From positions 1-14,841 of the forward strand of contig CAJNOT010003552.1 of assembly GCA_905251635.1 (NCBI GenBank): a stretch of 14,841 nucleotides of DNA, given 5' to 3'. The notes below the pieces were generated by a model. The model was not told the DNA's origin. It worked only from the letters and a program-made list of their open reading frames with translations, and ran no database searches. The stretch comes from Rotaria sordida (taxonomy: Eukaryota). Shown here piece after piece: positions 9,899 through 14,841 of the stretch; the stretch's first letter is position 1, and the number at the start of each line of letters is the position of its first letter. The translations under genes and the position numbers were made by a program.

Positions 9899-12022
9899 TT
9901 TAGGTACTGCTGATAGATTTCATCAGTTGACTCTAGAGAGGACCCGATTCCATTCTCAGAATAGCGGTCAATGTGAGGAAGTGACAAGGCCTTATTTATT
10001 CCTCATTGTTCGCTATTTTAAGCCTATAGATATGAATGTATATGCTGGTGTAGTTGCAAAGATAACCCACCTCACAATCACACCGATATAATCTTACAAC
10101 ATTTGATTATGTTACTTTTATTCAAAATTCTTGAATGTCTTATCAGTAAGACTTTCTGAATAAGTTATCCATGTTTTAATAGTAGTCAAATGAATGTCGA
10201 CGAAAAATGATTCACGAAATACATGTCGTAGAGAAATAAATCATTTAAAAAAAAAGTACTATTTAAACTTGCGAATAATTATGTAGACTTCTATCAAATC
10301 TTGGTGTGAAAATTAAAAAGAATATAGCATTGGGTAACTGTTTGTTAATCTTCAACTCCTCGTGTCTATAATAAAAACAATCCGACGAGAAATATTACGA
10401 ACAAGTTTCAACAATAACGGTTTCGGCTTCATCTTTATTTTCGGACTTAATTTATGCATCTGCTCAAGAATATGCTTAGTTTATCTATAATTTGTACTTG
10501 TATACTCTTGAGAAAAATAATCGACTACTTCTTTCTAAGTTGATTTGCTTGCAAATTCGACAATCTTTACTACAGCTACATTTTCATGTTCGAAATAAAC
10601 TCAAGCATATATACAAAATATCATGAGAACTATACATGTGTACAACTTTATCAAAAAAGTTCATCTAAGAGAACAATATTGTATACTAATGTAGGCAAGA
10701 AACCTTGAATTGTCGATATTTCTGTAGAAATGAATTGATAGTGTTAATCTGTTGTCTGGATGAGTGTGAAAATCAGCCTATTAATTAGCAAAATCGTTTC
10801 GTTTTTGCATTTTTACAAGTCTTTTCATATAAGAGACCAAGCAGCCATAGAAATTTAATATGTTTGTGCAAAAGCTGAGTCTTATGACTTTTTACGGACT
10901 CGGATACAAGTAAAAGTGCTGTTTTTGGAATATTAACGAAGAAAGTAGCAACAAGGGTAGCGACGATTCTTCGATGAAGATGATTATGATTATTATGACA
11001 ATTAAGCCGGAAGTAAACAAAACTTTTCCTGTAAGAATTAAGGACACATTGCTTTCTATTGCATCATGCAACAGTTAACACATGGTTTACTTTGTTTATT
11101 GAAATAAATCAAACTTCTACTATTGTCAGTTTCTTTTCATTCGAAAATTTAAGTTTTATAATGTATATTTGATCATCAAAAAAATATTTTTAAAGAGTCA
11201 AATAGTGATTGAACAGTATTTTAATCAGATTTCCGTTTGAAATGTTTGTATCACACAATTATATCATAATCCGAAAGTACGTGCGAATTTTTTTAGTGAG
11301 TATATATCAATTAGAACTCAAGTTCATCAGTTAGTACAGTACGTTTAACAGACATAGAAGAGCTCGGAAATCAGTTGTTGTAGTTAGCCTCTGTTTTTTT
11401 ATTTAACGCCCTATCGCTAATAATAAACAGAAACCTAATAGAACCTGAATTCTGTCTCTACTCATAAAGACATATTACCAAATTAGATTGGTTATGAATA
11501 TATATATAAAGGAGATATCCTGACCGATGCTCAAATTCATACTATAGTCATAGTCACAAACATAACCAGAGGCACACTAGTTCAAAGTTGAAGTTGACAT
11601 ATTCCTAATCGACTCAAAATCACATCATTTATTAGTATTTTAACCCATACATTTATAATAAACTGAAGCAAAGAAAAAAAAAATTGATCATCGAATCCCA
11701 TAGAGATCAGTTAACTGGATGTCCAGTAGAATTGATTCTAGTTCTACTGAAACAAACCCAAGTAAAGTTATTAATGAAAATCTTTTTTCAGTTCCTATAA
11801 TCAGTGAACAGTTTTTAATTATTACGGATTCCGATATCAAAAAGTTCGCTATTTTCGCAGCGTATGGGTGCAGGCAATTAGTAGACATTCATTCACACTT
11901 TACCCACTCTTGGCGTTCGAAACAATCTAAATTCAGCAAAGAACTTATATGTAAAAGTCTCTAAATAGGGAAAACAAAATATAATAGCAATGCATCTATC
12001 TAATATTAAATGCCAATACGTT

Positions 12023-12040
12023 TTTATTCTGATTTTTATT
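12023..12040 (-). promoter_or_regulatory. candidate polyadenylation signals (two AATAAA on the minus strand) for the DEG/ENaC gene
   Basis: TTTATT at 12023-12028 and 12035-12040, about 70-90 nt downstream of the stop at 12112. Confidence 0.4.
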
Positions 12041-12111
12041 TTACATCTCTTTCTAAAGTTTTTTTCTTTGTTATTGACAGCAAATAACCGTGGCTTGTGC
12101 TAATGAGAGTC

Positions 12112-13726
12112 TCAATAAACTAGATTATTATTAGTTGTAGGATTCGATTTAGTTGTTGCTTGTCGTTTTACAAAAACAATACATTTAACAATCATTTTAA
12201 ATAGGACTTCACCAAATTCAATAACACCAAGTATACTCAAACCAAGCCATCTAAAGTTGTAATGAAATATGTTGCAGTAATCAATTGAAAAATAAAATGA
12301 CAACTCACATTCCCGTTTGACCACCGATAGAACTGAACAGATCAACTATCAATATTTTGGCCTTCTGATTGTAAACAATGACATAATAATTACTATAAGT
12401 GATTGTTACTTTTAAAAGATTGTTATTGAGATACGTGTCCGATTTAAGAGCAAAATCATCGGGTAACAAAATACTAGAAGAATTCGATTGCTTATCTAAT
12501 AGCCTTTTAGCTAACGATGCTTTCTGTTTCGGTGATGGATATGAAAGAGCACTCGATACAGCATGAAAATCAGTATTTTTGCATTCCGGAGTGCATTGTG
12601 GACACCATTTTTTGTAATCTATGTCTTGAGTTTTGAATGCTGGCACAGTCATGAGCGCACATTTTTCTTCATCGGTATCTGGAATGCAAATATTGGCTGC
12701 CTTAAGACTGTTGCTGTCGACAGACCAGACATTTCGTTGAAAGAAAGGAAACGGTAAAATACAAGAACAGAAAACATTACTTATTAAATTTAAACAAGAC
12801 TCTTGACATATACTTTCTGAATAAGTAACTTTGCCCATAGAATCCTTACCAAATGCTGTCTCATAAATGTCACGTAAGTCATCTTCAACTGAAGATGTGC
12901 AATTAGTATAAGGTTTAGATAATAAATTTCTTTCGGTCTTTGAAAATAAGATCGTATGAGAGAGACCTGGTTGAAGTCGAAATCCATTCTTAACAACTAA
13001 TGGAAATTCATTATTTTCGTGTATTGACACAATTAAACCTTCGTCAAAGTACGACACTGGATAATAAGATTCACGTGGAATATAAAATTGCATTGATAAA
13101 CCTTCGAATCCAATGTTCAACGAACTCACGTTTCGAATTGTGAATAAATTCTTCATTTTACCATTCCAGTTAAATGTATAACAATTACCGAATTGTGGCG
13201 ATAACGAATGAGTAAAATATGATGAACAGTTAATGCCATTGTAAGAACAATTAATTAATATATCTGATAATTGAAATCCAAGATCGATTAATTCATTTCT
13301 TTGATTACGATTAAATATATCGACAACAAGTGGTTCAACTAATGTTTCGAGATCAACCTTTGTCACATTAATTCCTATACGTTTAGCATAAGCTAATAGT
13401 GATGCATTTGTTTTATCGTTTCTCAATGGATGAGCACTGCAAATAGTCACTGCTGGAAAAATCATGTTATATTCATTTCGAATCTCCATATCAATTTGTG
13501 TTGGATAAGACAAATATTGCATTCCGGATGTAATAATAAAAAATAACATCCAACCCAAAGCAAACATAAAACTACATATCCAAAGTATTCGATTTGATGT
13601 ACTGTAAGCTTCAGCAATACATCGAAGTCCATGTGTTGTTGAAGAAGTAAGATAGTTGACAAAGATCGAACGATAACTTTGTTCGATAAATGAATATTGT
13701 TTTTCTTGATTTGTTGCTGTGTCCAT
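12112..13726 (-). CDS. DEG/ENaC (amiloride-sensitive sodium channel superfamily) subunit; complement(join(12112..12250,12309..13726)), 518 aa
   Basis: MDTATNQEKQYSFIEQSYRSIFVNYLTSSTTHGLRCIAEAYSTSNRILWICSFMFALGWMLFFIITSG (TM1); FPAVTICSAHPLRND; cysteine-rich extracellular region (CQESCLNLISNVFCSCILPF, WCPQCTPEC); YYVIVYNQKAKILIVDLFSSIGGQTGI/WLGLSILGVIEFGEVLF (pre-TM2, GxS-type filter, TM2). Joining the exons restores one frame: 1557 nt, 519 codons including the stop. Confidence 0.93.
12251..12308 (-). other. 58-bp spliceosomal intron of the DEG/ENaC gene
   Basis: Minus strand reads GGGAAT|GTGAGTTGTC...CATTACAACTTTAG|ATGGCTTGG. Removing it converts GGQTGM* into GGQTGIWLGLSILGVIEF, the expected family consensus. 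Confidence 0.9.
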
Positions 13727-14023
13727 TGAGTCAACTGATTTGGCTATGTGTATAATTATATGTTGTAATTGCTTTTTTATTAGCTTGCAGCAATAAAAAG
13801 GATACCTTATGAGATATAAAAAAAACCCTATGCAGTACGTATGAAAGCGAGAAAAAGAGAGAAGAAAAAAATACAAATCATAATATATTATTATTTTTGG
13901 TGACTTTACAAAGTCTTCATTAAGAATCTGTTATTTGGCATGTTATATAAACATTCACATATGGTGCTTCGAGAGATATATAAAATTTTTTATGGTTATT
14001 TGTTATATGGTTTTATTTTACAG

Positions 14024-14439
14024 AAAAGCAACGTCAAGATATTGAACATGTATATTGTATAGGTCTTCGTTTAATACACAATCTCTGGGGATGGAACGAT
14101 TACACTACATTAGTTTTAGCAAAAGACAGATCTCTTCTCGACTATGTGTATGACTATTGGGAGAAATTTATGAAACATCTTAGTACATCTCCGGAAGCAA
14201 GTGGGTATAGAGAAACATGGGAGGCATATCTTATATCTACATCACCTAATCGAAGTGTTTATAAATCTATGAAATTAAGAAAGAATAATTTTTTTATAAA
14301 TCGCTATATACAAAGGGTACATCATACAAATCTGGACGTTTTTTTATTCTTCTGTATACATCAAAGCCAAAGAAATTATTTTAAAAGATCATCCTTTAAT
14401 ATTGAAAGATTCATTTATAAATATATAGATCCACCTTAA
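14024..14439 (+). CDS. partial gene: putative internal exon of an unidentified protein (3' boundary uncertain)
   Basis: TTTTATTTTACAG acceptor ending at 14023 is followed by an open frame ..KQRQDIEHVYCIGLRLIHNLWGWNDYTTLVLAKDRSLLDYVYDYWEKFMKHLSTSPEASGYRETWEAYLISTSPNRSVYKSMKLRKNNF... The composition is protein-like and complex, and the frame extends well upstream of the listed ATG (14146). The frame closes at 14437-14439, but the real exon may end earlier. Confidence 0.5.
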
Positions 14440-14518
14440 GATTCTATTGAAATTCTGAAAATTGTGAAATGCGAAGTTCTTTGTTCCAAAACATAATCTA
14501 TTATCATCTATTGACAAA

Positions 14519-14620
14519 TTCTCTTTTTTTCTTTGTTTCTTTTTCTCTTTCTTTTCTTTTTCTTTCCTCTTTCTTTTCTTCTTCTTTTTCTTTCTTATTT
14601 TTCTTTTTTTTTTTTTTTTT
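14519..14620. repeat. long polypyrimidine (CT/T-rich) tract
   Basis: Almost uninterrupted C/T for about 100 nt, ending in a T homopolymer. It produces spurious Lys/Glu-rich ORFs on the minus strand. Confidence 0.9.
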
Positions 14621-14841
14621 GTTGTTCTTATCCATAATCTTAAGAAACTGAACATCTTTTTTTGTATTATATTGTACGTCATAGGAGGAAAGATACATCA
14701 CATAAAAATGAATCGAAAATATTTTCTTTCTTGTACATTCCATGTGATGAAGTTTATACTCTTTTTTCTGTTATATTTGATAATTGGTAACCCTAACGGG
14801 ATCAATAAAATTGTTATGTTAAAAAAGAGATATATAAAATT

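Noticed and set aside
11385-11480. Possible solo-LTR fragment (tgttgtagttagcctctg...aataaacag...)
   Set aside because: There is no second copy, no primer-binding site or polypurine tract and no target duplication that I could see. The CTGTTT/AAACAG pair is too short to support it.
11719-11964. 81-aa plus ORF and opposing 66-aa minus ORF
   Set aside because: Neither translation has recognisable motifs. A possible 30-nt GTAAAG...TTTCAG segment is too short to defend as an intron.
12563-12757. 64-aa plus ORF (and 13462-13734, 12790-12996)
   Set aside because: All are alternative frames or antisense within the DEG/ENaC exon, which has clear family-wide motifs.
14389-14743. Lysine/glutamate-rich minus ORFs (97 aa and 79 aa)
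   Set aside because: They are translations of the polypyrimidine tract's complement, a low-complexity artefact.
1-14841. CRISPR array, bacterial defence system or operon
   Set aside because: There are no regularly spaced direct repeats, no cas or defence-like proteins and no compact co-directional ORFs. The introns and gene families indicate an animal genome.

Overview
This is a 14.8 kb, AT-rich, eukaryotic (non-bacterial) window. It most resembles a bdelloid-rotifer genome. That assignment is inference, from a bdelloid-style NHL beta-propeller protein, a very short intron, and TGTGGG-type telomere-like motifs. Supported content: (1) a decayed NHL-repeat gene at about 4361-5365 (+) with three in-frame stops; (2) an intact, intronless extended-SDR reductase of the GRE2 / dihydroflavonol-4-reductase type at 8320-9360 (+), a candidate horizontally acquired gene; (3) a DEG/ENaC-family channel gene at 12112-13726 (-), in two exons separated by a 58-bp intron, reconstructing to 518 aa; (4) part of an unidentified gene at 14024 to at most 14439 (+). 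The most interesting non-coding signals are two inverted, head-to-head arrays of telomere-like TGTGGG/CCCACA motifs (6223-6277 and 9652-9750). They bracket the reductase gene and share the layout TGTCGG-N14-ACACCCACACCC. Others are an imperfect foldback element at about 1476-1806 and a GAGTC/GACTC repeat cluster next to the second telomere-like array. I found no CRISPR array, rRNA, confident tRNA, or recognisable transposase/reverse transcriptase. The first 4.3 kb has no coding sequence I can defend.
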